DNA of 64,000 bases from Myxococcota bacterium (GTDB lineage: Bacteria > Myxococcota_A > UBA9160 > UBA4427): the NCBI GenBank assembly GCA_965250285.1, contig OZ252299.1, positions 4,128,001-4,192,000 on the forward strand. Direction: 5' to 3'. Made by a program: the position numbers and the translations under genes. Positions 8,411 through 18,030 of this stretch are shown piece after piece. Every line of letters begins with the position of its first letter. Positions within the stretch are counted from its first letter, which is position 1. The notes beneath the pieces were generated by a model. The model had not been told where the DNA came from, ran no database searches, and was given only the letters and a program-made list of their open reading frames with translations.

Positions 8411-9901
8411 ATGGCACGCTACGAGCACATCCTCGCCACGATCGGTCGAACGCCCGTCGTCCGCGTTCAGCGTCTCGAGCCCGAGGGCAGCGAGCTCTAC
8501 GTGAAGGTCGAGTCGTTCAATCCCGGTGGCTCGGTGAAGGACCGACTCGCCCTCGGCGTGATCGAGGATGCCGAGCGACGCGGCGCGCTGAAGCCCGGCC
8601 AGACCGTCGTCGAGGCGACGAGCGGCAACACGGGCATCGGCCTCGCGGTGGTGTGCGCCCGCAAGGGCTACCCGCTCGTGGTCACGATGGCCGAGAACTT
8701 CAGCGTCGAGCGACGCAAGCTCATGCGCTTTCTCGGCGCGAAGGTCGTGCTCACGCCGGCCGCGCAGAAGGGCAGCGGCATGCTGCAAAAGGCCGAGGAG
8801 CTCGCCGCCGAGCACGGCTGGTTCCTCGCGCGCCAGTTCGAGAACGAGGCCAACCCCGACATGCACTCGCGCACGACGGCGCGTGAGATCCTCGAAGACT
8901 TCGAAGGCGACGGGCTCGACTACTGGGTCACCGGGTTCGGCACCGGAGGGACGCTGACCGGTGTATCTCGGGTGCTGCGAAAGGAGAGCCCGGCGACGAA
9001 GGTCGTGGTCTGCGAGCCCGACAACGTGCCGCTGCTCGGCAGCGGCGTCGCCCAGGCCCGCACCGACGACGGTCGTCCCGCCGAGAGCCATCCCGCGTTT
9101 CGGCCGCACCTGATGCAGGGCTGGTCCCCCGACTTCATTCCGAAGATCGCGGGCGAGGCCGTCGACGAGTCTCTGATCGACGAGATCCTGCCGGTGGCCG
9201 GCGCCGACGCCCTCGAGGCCGCGCATGCACTCGCGACGCAGGAGGGCATCTTCGTCGGCATCTCGGGCGGCGCGACGTTCGCCGGCGCCGTCGAGGTGGC
9301 GAAGCGCGCGCCGAAGGGCAGTCGCGTGCTCTGCATGCTGCCCGACACGGGCGAGCGCTACCTGACCACCCCGCTCTTCGAGGGGATCGCCGAAGAGATG
9401 ACGGCCGAAGAGATCGCGCTGTCGAAGTCGACCCCGAACGTGCGCTTCGACGTCTCGCCGCCGCCCCCGCCGCCGAGCGACGAAGAAGAAGCCCCCGTCG
9501 CGATCACTCCCGAGGCCCAGGCCTTCCTCGACCGCACGCTCGCCTCGAAGGACGACCCGGTCGTCATGTTCGCGCTCGAGTGGTGCGAGTTCTGCTGGTC
9601 GGTCCGCAAGCTCTTCGCGCGGCTCGACATCCCCTACGAGACGGTCGACCTCGACTCGGCCGCCCATCAGAAGGACGACTGGGGCGCGCAGGTGCGAGCT
9701 GCCCTCACGGCGCAGACGAGCATGAAGACGATCCCGCAGGTGTTCGTCGGCGGCGAGTTCATCGGCGGCGCCACCGAGACGTTCGATGCCTGGAACGAGG
9801 GCCGGCTGAGCGACCTGCTCTCGGGCCTCGGCGTGGGCTTCGACCAGGGCGCCCGGATCGACGCCTATGACTTTCTGCCGAAGTGGCTGCAGCCGCGCTA
9901 G
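8411..9901 (+). CDS. cysK: Cysteine synthase A fused to a C-terminal glutaredoxin domain
   Basis: NPGGSVKDR (PLP Lys), EATSGNTG, GTGGT, GISGGA, PDTGERYL; then WCEFC and TIPQVFVGGEFIGGA. Confidence 0.9.
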   Translation: MARYEHILATIGRTPVVRVQRLEPEGSELYVKVESFNPGGSVKDRLALGVIEDAERRGALKPGQTVVEATSGNTGIGLAVVCARKGYPLVVTMAENFSVERRKLMRFLGAKVVLTPAAQKGSGMLQKAEELAAEHGWFLARQFENEANPDMHSRTTAREILEDFEGDGLDYWVTGFGTGGTLTGVSRVLRKESPATKVVVCEPDNVPLLGSGVAQARTDDGRPAESHPAFRPHLMQGWSPDFIPKIAGEAVDESLIDEILPVAGADALEAAHALATQEGIFVGISGGATFAGAVEVAKRAPKGSRVLCMLPDTGERYLTTPLFEGIAEEMTAEEIALSKSTPNVRFDVSPPPPPPSDEEEAPVAITPEAQAFLDRTLASKDDPVVMFALEWCEFCWSVRKLFARLDIPYETVDLDSAAHQKDDWGAQVRAALTAQTSMKTIPQVFVGGEFIGGATETFDAWNEGRLSDLLSGLGVGFDQGARIDAYDFLPKWLQPR

Positions 9902-9908
9902 CCGGGCT

Positions 9909-10928
9909 TCAGCGGGGCTTCGCCCAGGTCGGTCGCTCCTCGATCACGTAGTCGACCACGAGGTACTCGCCGTCGCGCACGAAGACGAGCTTGACCGGCG
10001 CGTCGACGCCGTACATGTAGAGCCACTTCTGAAAGTCACCCACCGATTCGATGCGGTTGTGCGAGAACTGGACGAGCACGTCGCCGGGCTGGATGCCCAT
10101 GCGCTCAGCAGGCGACTTCGGCCAGACGTGCTCGATGCCGATGCCGCCTCGGTGACCTCGTGAGGCGGGAAACATCGCGCGCTCATCGTCGTTCAGGGAG
10201 CGCACGCTGAAACCCGTCCAGGGCGACTCGAGGCTGCGCTTCTGCTTGATGCTGTCGTAGATGTTGAAGGCGAGAAAGATGGGCAGGATGTGGAGCTCGT
10301 CGGGGTCGTCGACGTGTCCTTCCTCGGCCTCTGGGGCGTAGGCCGTGTAGAGGCCGATCACCGCGCCTTCCTTCGTGAACACCGGCCCTCCGGTCGCGCC
10401 CACCGGCAGCGCGATCTCGGCGCGAAACATCGTCGATGTCAGACTCTCCTGGTAGCACTCCCGCGTATTCAGGCCGGCTACCCGACCGCGCGCCAGCGCC
10501 AGATCCTGGCCATCGAGGGTCGTCGGCACGTAGATCTCACTCCCGACGTCGAGGGCCCGCTCGCGCTTCACGCTCGAAGGCTCGAACGTCTCATCCGAGA
10601 CGATCTCGAGCACGGCGAGGTCGATCGTGGGTTCGACGCCCACGATGCGCGCGGGGAACCGCCGCCCATCTGCTCGCAGCGTCACGGTCAGGTCGGTCAG
10701 GAGCTCGCTCGTATCGGGATCAACGAGCGTGTGATAGGTCGTCAACACGAACCCCTCACGCTCGGTGACGAAGCCCAGGGCGCGGTGCTCGCCCGACGCG
10801 TCGGCGGCCGCATCGACGGTGACGACGGTGGGGACAGGCATCGGTTCAGCTGCTGCGCGCGACGCATCCCCGAGCGCAAGCGCGACGAAACCAATGATGA
10901 TCCAAGCGACTCGCAGCCTCGGGATCAC
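9909..10928 (-). CDS. HtrA/DegP-like trypsin fold plus PDZ domain protein with a non-canonical active site
   Basis: Signal peptide; GFVLTTYH, IDLAVL, GATGGPVF in place of GNSGGPL; PDZ SPAERMGIQPGDVL; GTG start overlaps the cytochrome c stop (GTGA). Confidence 0.85.
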   Translation of the reverse strand: MIPRLRVAWIIIGFVALALGDASRAAAEPMPVPTVVTVDAAADASGEHRALGFVTEREGFVLTTYHTLVDPDTSELLTDLTVTLRADGRRFPARIVGVEPTIDLAVLEIVSDETFEPSSVKRERALDVGSEIYVPTTLDGQDLALARGRVAGLNTRECYQESLTSTMFRAEIALPVGATGGPVFTKEGAVIGLYTAYAPEAEEGHVDDPDELHILPIFLAFNIYDSIKQKRSLESPWTGFSVRSLNDDERAMFPASRGHRGGIGIEHVWPKSPAERMGIQPGDVLVQFSHNRIESVGDFQKWLYMYGVDAPVKLVFVRDGEYLVVDYVIEERPTWAKPR

Positions 10929-11464
10929 GGCGTGAAATCCTGGTTGAAGGGGTTCACGCCGGTGCCGGGCGTGATCTTGATGAACTCGTGCAGGGTCGCG
11001 GCGTGGCACGTGTTGCATGCGTCGATCAGCTGGTTCATCGCCCGCTCGAGCTCCAACTGGTTGCCGCCCGGCGGTGTCTGTTTCGCCAGCTTGGCGAACG
11101 CGAGCGTGGGTGGCAGGCCGTGCCGGTCGATGAGCAGCGCGATCGGCTGACCGTCGTATTCGGGCACGTCGCTCTGAATCTCTTTCAGCTTCTCGATCGA
11201 TTCATAGGCGTAGAACGCCGCGAGCGCGCCGTTCCCGGCCGCGACCGAGAGCGCGAGCTTGTGGGTGAGACGCTGCAGCTCACCCATGTAGGGGGCCAGC
11301 TCGACGCGCAGCTCGCCATCGTCGAGGGGCTTCAGCTCACCGGCAGGCGGATTGGCGACGCCGGCGGTGGCGAGACACACGATGAGCGCCGTGGCCGCCG
11401 CGAGGCAACCGACCCGTCGCCGGTGAGGGGGTTGCCGAGTGGATGTCTTGAGAGACTCGATCAT
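10925..11464 (-). CDS. Periplasmic monoheme cytochrome c (C-terminal CxxCH, cytochrome c'-like)
   Basis: Signal peptide, helical body, CNTCH near the C-terminus; AGGAGG SD. Confidence 0.8.
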   Translation of the reverse strand: MIESLKTSTRQPPHRRRVGCLAAATALIVCLATAGVANPPAGELKPLDDGELRVELAPYMGELQRLTHKLALSVAAGNGALAAFYAYESIEKLKEIQSDVPEYDGQPIALLIDRHGLPPTLAFAKLAKQTPPGGNQLELERAMNQLIDACNTCHAATLHEFIKITPGTGVNPFNQDFTP

Positions 11465-11576
11465 GACCTCCTGAGCTTGCCCGATTCCGAGCCGGGAAAC
11501 GAACGTGGAGCGGCCCACTCCGTCGTCAGATCGGAGTGGGCCGCTCGTGGTCCCGCGAGCGAACGAGCCGCTCGCC

Positions 11577-14500
11577 CTACGCGCGTCGGCGCAGGCGCCT
11601 CCGTGCCGCGATCAGCACAGGCACGATGAAGGCCAGCTCCGCACCGAGACCGCAGAGTCGCAGACCCTTGACCTGGAGATCCATCGTCACCATGCGGTGA
11701 TCGGAGGCGTCCAGTAGATCGGCCGTCAGGTCGGTGGTCAGCGGCCAGTACACGAAGCCCTGCTGTGGGGTCAACGCAGCCTGCGAAGGCAGGACGTAGT
11801 CGGCGCGCAGATTGAAGCTCGCCGTCTTCGTCTCACGCTCGCTGCCCGAAGGCACCTGCTCGAGCGCGCCCTCACTCGTCGGCGTGATGGTCGAGTCGAC
11901 GAAGGGGCTGTCCAGCAGGAGCAGCGCGGGGTTGAAGGTCGCGTCTCCATCCACCGGGTCCGCGTTCTGGTCGCCCATGATCACGAACCGCGCACCCTTC
12001 ATCAGACCGCCGCGGCGCTTGCGCAGCTTGGGTGCCCGACCCTTCTTGTCCCACTCGCGGTCGTCGTAGATGTACGCGCTCTTGTCGGGATCGACGTAGT
12101 CGGCCCAGAAGCGAATCTCATCGTGGTTCCGCAGACCATTCACGTCCGCGACGTTCGGGTCGGGGTAGACCGTGGCCGTCCCGTCGTCGAAGACAGGCGG
12201 GGTCGGGTGGCTGGCGAGCACGTGCAGCACGCCGTGACCCGGGATCCACACCGGCACGTCCATGTGGGTCTTCGACGAGAGGCGGTAGATCTCGAGCTCT
12301 TCGTCCGTGAAGTAGCTCGTGAGGTCGCCGTCGCCGTCCGTGTCGTTCGGGTCGGGCGGCAGGAACGCGCCCGGCATGTCGACCCAGCGGAACTTCTGGA
12401 ACGTCCGCACCCGGTGCTCGAGAATCTCGTGCTTCGAGAGCACGATCATCGCGAACTGACCCGCGTGGTTGCCGAAGCCGAAGGCGTCGCCCGGCCCCCC
12501 GACGCTGCCGTTGTTGTCGAGGTCGAGCCCGGCAGGCACACCGGTGTTCGACGGCGACACGAAGGCGTAGTCGTAGTAGACCGGGTCGGTGTCGTCGGCT
12601 TGGGCGACCTCGAGGTAGTTCGCCTTGAAGTCCTCGATCGTCGCCAGCGTGGCAGCGAGGCCGAACTCGCCATTCTCATCGTAGAGCTGATCGTACTCGT
12701 TGATCAGCACGATGTCGGCGTCGACCCGCTGGATCACCTCGGCCACCTGCTGGATCTGGCCATCGGCCCCCGACGCCAACGCGGTGGCGAGGTCACCCGA
12801 GTTCGGGCGATTCATCGACGTGTTGAAGCTGGCTACGCGCAGATTGCCGAGCTTCTCTGGATCGACGTATTCGGTTACCTCGACCGCATCGACCTGGATC
12901 GCGTCGATGACGCTGCCCTCACTGTCGGTCACCGTGAGCGCGACGGTGTAGACGCCCGCCGCCGCATACTCGTTGGTCGGCCCTTCGGCGTCGGACGTGT
13001 TGCCATCGCCGAAGTCCCAGGCCAGATCGTAGGGCGGCACACCCCCGGTCACCGTCGGAATGAAGGTCACCGAGCCACCGCTCCGCGTGAATGCGAAGCC
13101 GGCCTCGAGCGGTCCGCCGCGCTCGGCGATGCAGACCTGGTCGACGCCAATGCGCTTGGTGGTGCCACCGCTGTCCCCCGCCGACTCGTAGAGGAACGCC
13201 ACTCGAACGTCTTCGCCGGTCAGACCGATGATGTCGGATGACACGTCGATCCAGGCGTCTGAGGTCGATCCGTCGAGCCCGGTCGGCGTGATGTCGACCC
13301 AGCTCGTCGTGGTCGGGTCGCCGGTATAGCTGTTGGTGACCAAGACCGAGAGCGGCTTGTCGATGGTATCGCCGAAGTTCTCGTAGTACTGGAAGTCGAC
13401 GCCCGTGTTCGGGTTGCCGACGAAGATCGGCGGGCTGATCAGCCAATCCTTCGCGGGCGTGCCGCCTTCGATGCCACCGGGCGGCGAGCCGAAGTTGTTG
13501 TTGATCGCGCCCTGCTGGCCGGCTCGGTTGTCGTAGATCCAGCCGAACTCCGAGCTCAGATTGACGATCTCCCACGGCGTCGACGGATCGTCGGCGATGT
13601 CGCTGTTCTCACCGCCTTCGAAGTCGAAGCCACACTGGCCCTTGATGATCACGTCGTCGACGTTGAACCGGACGCTCTGGCCGCCACCCCCGCCCAGGCT
13701 CTGATAGCGATAGGCGATGTACGCCGTGCCATCGATGCCCGAGATGTCGAAGGGGCCCTGCGGCGTCAGCGTGCCGTCTTGCGACGTGTCGATGTTGATG
13801 ACGTTCCACGTCGCCTCGTTCGGATCGGCGTTGCTCAGCGGATCGTAATCAGTCGACCAGAGCACCTCGGGTGCGGGACCGCTGAACGCGATCTGCGCGT
13901 CGTAGGTGAGACTCTCTTCGCTGAAGAAGAGGAAGTTGATCGGATTGGTCGTGATCAGCCAGTCTTCGGTGGGCGTCTCGCCACCGAAGCCGTTGCCCTG
14001 AATCGCGCCCGTGCTCCCGAAGTCCCAGAGGACCCAGGCGAAGTTGCGATCGGGGCCCGCCACGTCGACGGGCGTGAACTGGCCGAAGCTGTCGGGCACC
14101 TCGAAGTTCTCTTCGAAGATCACCGGCAGCAGCGACACGAGGGTCGTGCCCTCGGCCGTCGCGCTGAGCGCGCTTCGGCCGTGGATGTTGACCGCCCAGA
14201 TCCGGTAGCTGTACGTCAAACCCGACTGCACCTCGGTGTCGACGTAGCTCGTGAACGTGCCGGGATACTCCCGCTCGACCACTTCCCAGGCGGCGTCGCC
14301 CGGCGACTGGCGCTCGATGCGGAAGAACTTGGCGTCGCTCTGCCCGTCCCAGGTGAGATCGAGGCTGATCTCGGTCGCGTTGGCGGTCGCCAGGCCGGTC
14401 GGCGTCGCCGGCGCCGTGCCGGCATCGGGCGAGCCCACCCATGCGATCAGCTCGGCGTCGAGGCGAAGATCCGAGCTGCCGTCGTTCTCCTGGTGCACCG

Positions 14501-16547
14501 AGATCGCGAGCACGTTGCCTGTGGCCTGCAGCGGCACGTCGGCGCCGGTAATCGGGATCTGCTTCCAGTCGGTCTCGGCCGACTCGTTCTGGCTGGCGAA
14601 CGTGTCGTTGTCCACCACCAGGTCGAGATTCAGGTTGTAGCGTGCGACCTCGACCCCGTTGACGTACACGACCGCGCCGTCGTCGACCTTCAGGTAGAGG
14701 TCGAAGAGCGCGATGTTGGTCGGATCGGCGAGGTCGAACTCACGCCGGAAGTAGTACGCGGCCGCGCGAGGCGACGGAGGCTGGACGAGATCGGTGGCCA
14801 GGCGACCGGCCGACTCTCCGTAGCCGAGCATCGTCGGCACCGGCCCCGTGGGCGTGCCGTCGGTGGCGACGTTCCACGACGCGTCGGGTACGAAACCGAC
14901 TTCGTTCCAGGATGCGCCCGGGTCGACCCCGTCGACGCGGTAGTCCCAGAGATCTCCATTCGCGATGAGAGGCGTGCGCAGCAGATCGCTGCCGCGGCCG
15001 GCGAGGTTGATCAGCACCAGCTGGCCGTTCTCGACCAGCTCAGCGCTGTCGGAGAGGCCGTTGCTCGTATGCACCTGGATCGACGAGGCATACCAGCCCT
15101 CGCCCAGGATGTCGGCCATGCTGATGACGCCCGACGACTCTTCGTTCGTCGTCAGGAAGGCCGAGCCGCCGTCGAAGAACACCTCGCCATCGTGCTCGGC
15201 GATCTCTTCGAGCTGGCCCGTCGTGATGTCGTACTCCCAGATCTTCGAGAGCCGCGCGTCGCCACCGAGATCTTCCTGGATGTAGAGCTTGGGCAGGCCG
15301 CCCTCGATGCCGAAGCCCATGTTGTCGAGGCTTCCGAGGCGGTTCTCGGGGCCATCGAGGAGCAGGGTCATCGTGCCGCCCAGGGCGGGGTTCGACAGAT
15401 CATCGAACTCGAGCCGCCAGAGGCGGGTCGGGGCGTTCAAGCCACCCGACGACGTCCCCTTGGTGACGAAGTAGAAGGTGTTCTCGAAGCCGGGGCGCGT
15501 ATCCCAAGCGCCGTCTTCGGGCCCGCCCATCTTCAGGCTCTCGAAGGTCTGAGCCGGGTCGACCGGAGTAATGGTGTCGGTGCCGCGGTTCGTGGTGTCG
15601 TTGCCGTCGACCGGGCGGTTGCCGTCGGTCCCGATCAGCTTCAGCGTGAAGGGTTCGACCGTGCCGACGGCCGAAGCGAGGTCGAGGTCGAGCTCGAAGG
15701 GCTTGCCGACGACCGCGATCGCGTAGAGATTGCCGCCGACGAGACCGGCCTTCTCGACGTCGTTGCCCGTGGTCTGCTTGGTGCCGACGTAGACGTAGAC
15801 CTCACCGTTGGTGGCATCATCGAGGAGCACGGCCACCGTCGTATCCTGCTCGAAGGGGCTGAGGACGAGGTTCTCGATGGCCATGAAGCCCAGGTGCTCG
15901 AGGTGGTACGACCGGCCGGCGTCGGGGCCCGTCACGACGTGGCCCATCGCGCGGCCCGTCGAGAAGCTCTCTTCGCCATTGAAGTAGAGGATGTTCTGGG
16001 TGCCCAGGCCCGTCGCCGAGTTGTACAGCGCGGTCGGCGCGGGGCGATCCGAAGAGCAGAAGCGATCGAAGGTGAGAGAGCCCGGGACGAAGGTCTGGGT
16101 CGTCTCGTCCCAGTCGAACGTCTCCTTGATGAGGTCATCGCCCTCAACGACCTCGTGCGTGACCTTGTCGACCTTCCACTTCGACACGAAGGCGCCCGCG
16201 TTGCCGTGGTCTCGCGGGATGCCCTGGGTGCTGTTCAGCTCGTGATTCACGATGAGATAGAAGAAATCGGGCTCCGGCGGCGAGAGCTCGGCGCCATCGA
16301 TCACGCCGATGCCGTCGGGAATGCCCGCGAGGCGCGTCGTGCCGCCCCCCGTCTTCGGCACCGTGCCGTCGTCGACCGTCAGGATCGATTCGATCAGCAC
16401 CCCAGGCACCGAAGGGAGTACGTAGGGGGGCACGGTGGTCGACGGGCTGGTGGTCTGGGCAAGAGCCGAGGCCGACAGCAACAGCGCAAGGACGGCGCCG
16501 AGAAGCACCGCCGTCGGGCGGGTGAGGGAACGGACAGCGTGCGGCAT
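11577..16547 (-). CDS. Large secreted multidomain phosphoesterase: PhoX-like propeller, beta-sandwich, FN3, adhesin-like domains, PKD, EEP domain, C-terminal anchor
   Basis: Sec signal ending ALA-Q; PhoX-like motifs PDG, NHE, RFCS, GEE, EDG, DN, QED, ESSG, QVH; FN3 PATPTGL..YSYRIWAVN; two DWLI(T/S) adhesin-like modules; PKD WDFGDG; EEP motifs SFN, INEYD, HPTPPVFD, GDQNAD, RADYVLPS, SDH; tail LCGLGAELAFIVPVLIAARRRLRRRA. Confidence 0.82.
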   Translation of the reverse strand: MPHAVRSLTRPTAVLLGAVLALLLSASALAQTTSPSTTVPPYVLPSVPGVLIESILTVDDGTVPKTGGGTTRLAGIPDGIGVIDGAELSPPEPDFFYLIVNHELNSTQGIPRDHGNAGAFVSKWKVDKVTHEVVEGDDLIKETFDWDETTQTFVPGSLTFDRFCSSDRPAPTALYNSATGLGTQNILYFNGEESFSTGRAMGHVVTGPDAGRSYHLEHLGFMAIENLVLSPFEQDTTVAVLLDDATNGEVYVYVGTKQTTGNDVEKAGLVGGNLYAIAVVGKPFELDLDLASAVGTVEPFTLKLIGTDGNRPVDGNDTTNRGTDTITPVDPAQTFESLKMGGPEDGAWDTRPGFENTFYFVTKGTSSGGLNAPTRLWRLEFDDLSNPALGGTMTLLLDGPENRLGSLDNMGFGIEGGLPKLYIQEDLGGDARLSKIWEYDITTGQLEEIAEHDGEVFFDGGSAFLTTNEESSGVISMADILGEGWYASSIQVHTSNGLSDSAELVENGQLVLINLAGRGSDLLRTPLIANGDLWDYRVDGVDPGASWNEVGFVPDASWNVATDGTPTGPVPTMLGYGESAGRLATDLVQPPSPRAAAYYFRREFDLADPTNIALFDLYLKVDDGAVVYVNGVEVARYNLNLDLVVDNDTFASQNESAETDWKQIPITGADVPLQATGNVLAISVHQENDGSSDLRLDAELIAWVGSPDAGTAPATPTGLATANATEISLDLTWDGQSDAKFFRIERQSPGDAAWEVVEREYPGTFTSYVDTEVQSGLTYSYRIWAVNIHGRSALSATAEGTTLVSLLPVIFEENFEVPDSFGQFTPVDVAGPDRNFAWVLWDFGSTGAIQGNGFGGETPTEDWLITTNPINFLFFSEESLTYDAQIAFSGPAPEVLWSTDYDPLSNADPNEATWNVINIDTSQDGTLTPQGPFDISGIDGTAYIAYRYQSLGGGGGQSVRFNVDDVIIKGQCGFDFEGGENSDIADDPSTPWEIVNLSSEFGWIYDNRAGQQGAINNNFGSPPGGIEGGTPAKDWLISPPIFVGNPNTGVDFQYYENFGDTIDKPLSVLVTNSYTGDPTTTSWVDITPTGLDGSTSDAWIDVSSDIIGLTGEDVRVAFLYESAGDSGGTTKRIGVDQVCIAERGGPLEAGFAFTRSGGSVTFIPTVTGGVPPYDLAWDFGDGNTSDAEGPTNEYAAAGVYTVALTVTDSEGSVIDAIQVDAVEVTEYVDPEKLGNLRVASFNTSMNRPNSGDLATALASGADGQIQQVAEVIQRVDADIVLINEYDQLYDENGEFGLAATLATIEDFKANYLEVAQADDTDPVYYDYAFVSPSNTGVPAGLDLDNNGSVGGPGDAFGFGNHAGQFAMIVLSKHEILEHRVRTFQKFRWVDMPGAFLPPDPNDTDGDGDLTSYFTDEELEIYRLSSKTHMDVPVWIPGHGVLHVLASHPTPPVFDDGTATVYPDPNVADVNGLRNHDEIRFWADYVDPDKSAYIYDDREWDKKGRAPKLRKRRGGLMKGARFVIMGDQNADPVDGDATFNPALLLLDSPFVDSTITPTSEGALEQVPSGSERETKTASFNLRADYVLPSQAALTPQQGFVYWPLTTDLTADLLDASDHRMVTMDLQVKGLRLCGLGAELAFIVPVLIAARRRLRRRA

Positions 16548-17005
16548 CGCCGGTTTCTCCTGGATGGCCGCGCCTCGGAGGGCGGCTTGGCTCGCGGCGT
16601 AGATGGACGTCATCGAGGCGAGACCTCGCCCACGATGGCCGGCACCCTATCCGTTCGTACGAATTCACGCGGTTGAAAAACGGTGGCCTTCCGGTCGCGC
16701 TCGCCGTGACAGTCGACTCGTTTCGCCGAGTGGTGTGGGCGAAATCGTGGAAGTGCCGTGACGGTCGGCATGGAGAAACACCGTTCGTTCGAGACCCGCG
16801 CGATCCGGCACTGAGCGCAACGCGCCGACTTCTCGCCTGTGTACGGCGACTTGCAACGCCGCGAAGCGATCGGGGTGACGCGCACACGCGCGACGCATGG
16901 AGCGAGAAGTGTGTCGTTCCGGTGTGGGGCGGGATGGCGATGCCATGGATGCAAAGCGTCGGCTGGCCGCCGCGCGCCTATGCTCGCGTCACGGCAGTGC
17001 GGCGA

Positions 17006-18001
17006 TCAGGACACAGAAGCGATTCGAAAGTCTTCGATCTGGATCTCGGCGCCGTAGTCGGCGAAGTCGCCCGCCGAGCGCTGATCGCGAAAGTGTGCCC
17101 ACGAAATCTCGCGAAAGCGCGGTGACTCGCCACGCGCGAGCAGGCCGGGCAGCGGCGCACACACCGTTTCGTAGCTCGGGTTGAAGAAGAAGGGTGCGCT
17201 GCAGCGCACCCGATCGCGATGCACGATCACGCGGTGCAGGGGCGAGCAATAGCGATCGTTGCTCCAGACCTGGAGCATGTCGCCGAGGTTCACGTTGAGC
17301 GCGCCCCGCACGGGCTCGATCGTGACCCAACGCTCGCCGAAGTAGACCTGCAGCCCCTCGACGTCGTCCTGAAAGAGCAGTGTGAACGCGCCCGCATCGG
17401 TGTGATGGTGAACGCCGAGATGCCCGGCCTCGGGAAAGAACGGCGCGTCGGCTTCGGCGGGCTCGTCGCACGTCGCGTAGCGATTGAGGCGGACGAAGCT
17501 CGAGTCGTCTTCGAAGTGGGCGTCGAGTGTATCGGGCGGCAGGTCGAGACTGACACAGAGCGCGTGGAGCAGGCCCTGGGCGACACGCACGCACGCCGCG
17601 TGATGATCGAGCATCGCTCGCCGAAACGTCTCGTCTTCAGCGCCGCGTCCACTCGGCCACTGGTTGACACCATCGCTGTGCCCACCGCCGACGCGGTCGG
17701 CGCCGTAGTCGAAGACCTCCTTCCAATCGGGGCGGTTCTTCGTCAGCTCTTCGTCGTAGTAGCCCCAGGCGTTGTCCCGCGTGCGCAGCAGACGACGTTT
17801 CTCTTCATGGGGCCGATCGAAGAAGGCGTTCATCTGCGCATCGAAGTCGCTCAGCTGGTCGACCGGCACGCCGTGGCCGACGATCTGGAACACGCCCCAC
17901 TCGGCGCAGGGCCCGGGCAGCTCGGCCGCGACGCGCTCGAGCGCACCAGGCTCGCCTTCGGCGAGACCGCTGACATCGAGGACGGGGGGCTGTTCGGCCA
18001 T
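17006..18001 (-). CDS. 2-oxoglutarate/Fe(II) dioxygenase, isopenicillin N synthase family
   Basis: WGVFQIVGHGV, DWKEVFD, HTD...H facial triad, NLGDMLQVWSND, RCS. Confidence 0.93.
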   Translation of the reverse strand: MAEQPPVLDVSGLAEGEPGALERVAAELPGPCAEWGVFQIVGHGVPVDQLSDFDAQMNAFFDRPHEEKRRLLRTRDNAWGYYDEELTKNRPDWKEVFDYGADRVGGGHSDGVNQWPSGRGAEDETFRRAMLDHHAACVRVAQGLLHALCVSLDLPPDTLDAHFEDDSSFVRLNRYATCDEPAEADAPFFPEAGHLGVHHHTDAGAFTLLFQDDVEGLQVYFGERWVTIEPVRGALNVNLGDMLQVWSNDRYCSPLHRVIVHRDRVRCSAPFFFNPSYETVCAPLPGLLARGESPRFREISWAHFRDQRSAGDFADYGAEIQIEDFRIASVS

Positions 18002-18030
18002 GCCCCCAGGATACCGCCGGCGACGGAGGT

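Noticed and set aside
9909..11464. Magnetosome mamE/mamO-like genes
   Set aside because: No other mam genes or magnetochrome tandem motifs; only a loose analogy
13779..16676. 965-aa plus-strand ORF, and similar long ORFs such as 21589..24558, 26350..29121, 30873..33347, 39458..41779 and 50137..52428
   Set aside because: Antisense shadows of well-supported genes, expected in high-GC DNA; Arg/Val-rich with no motifs
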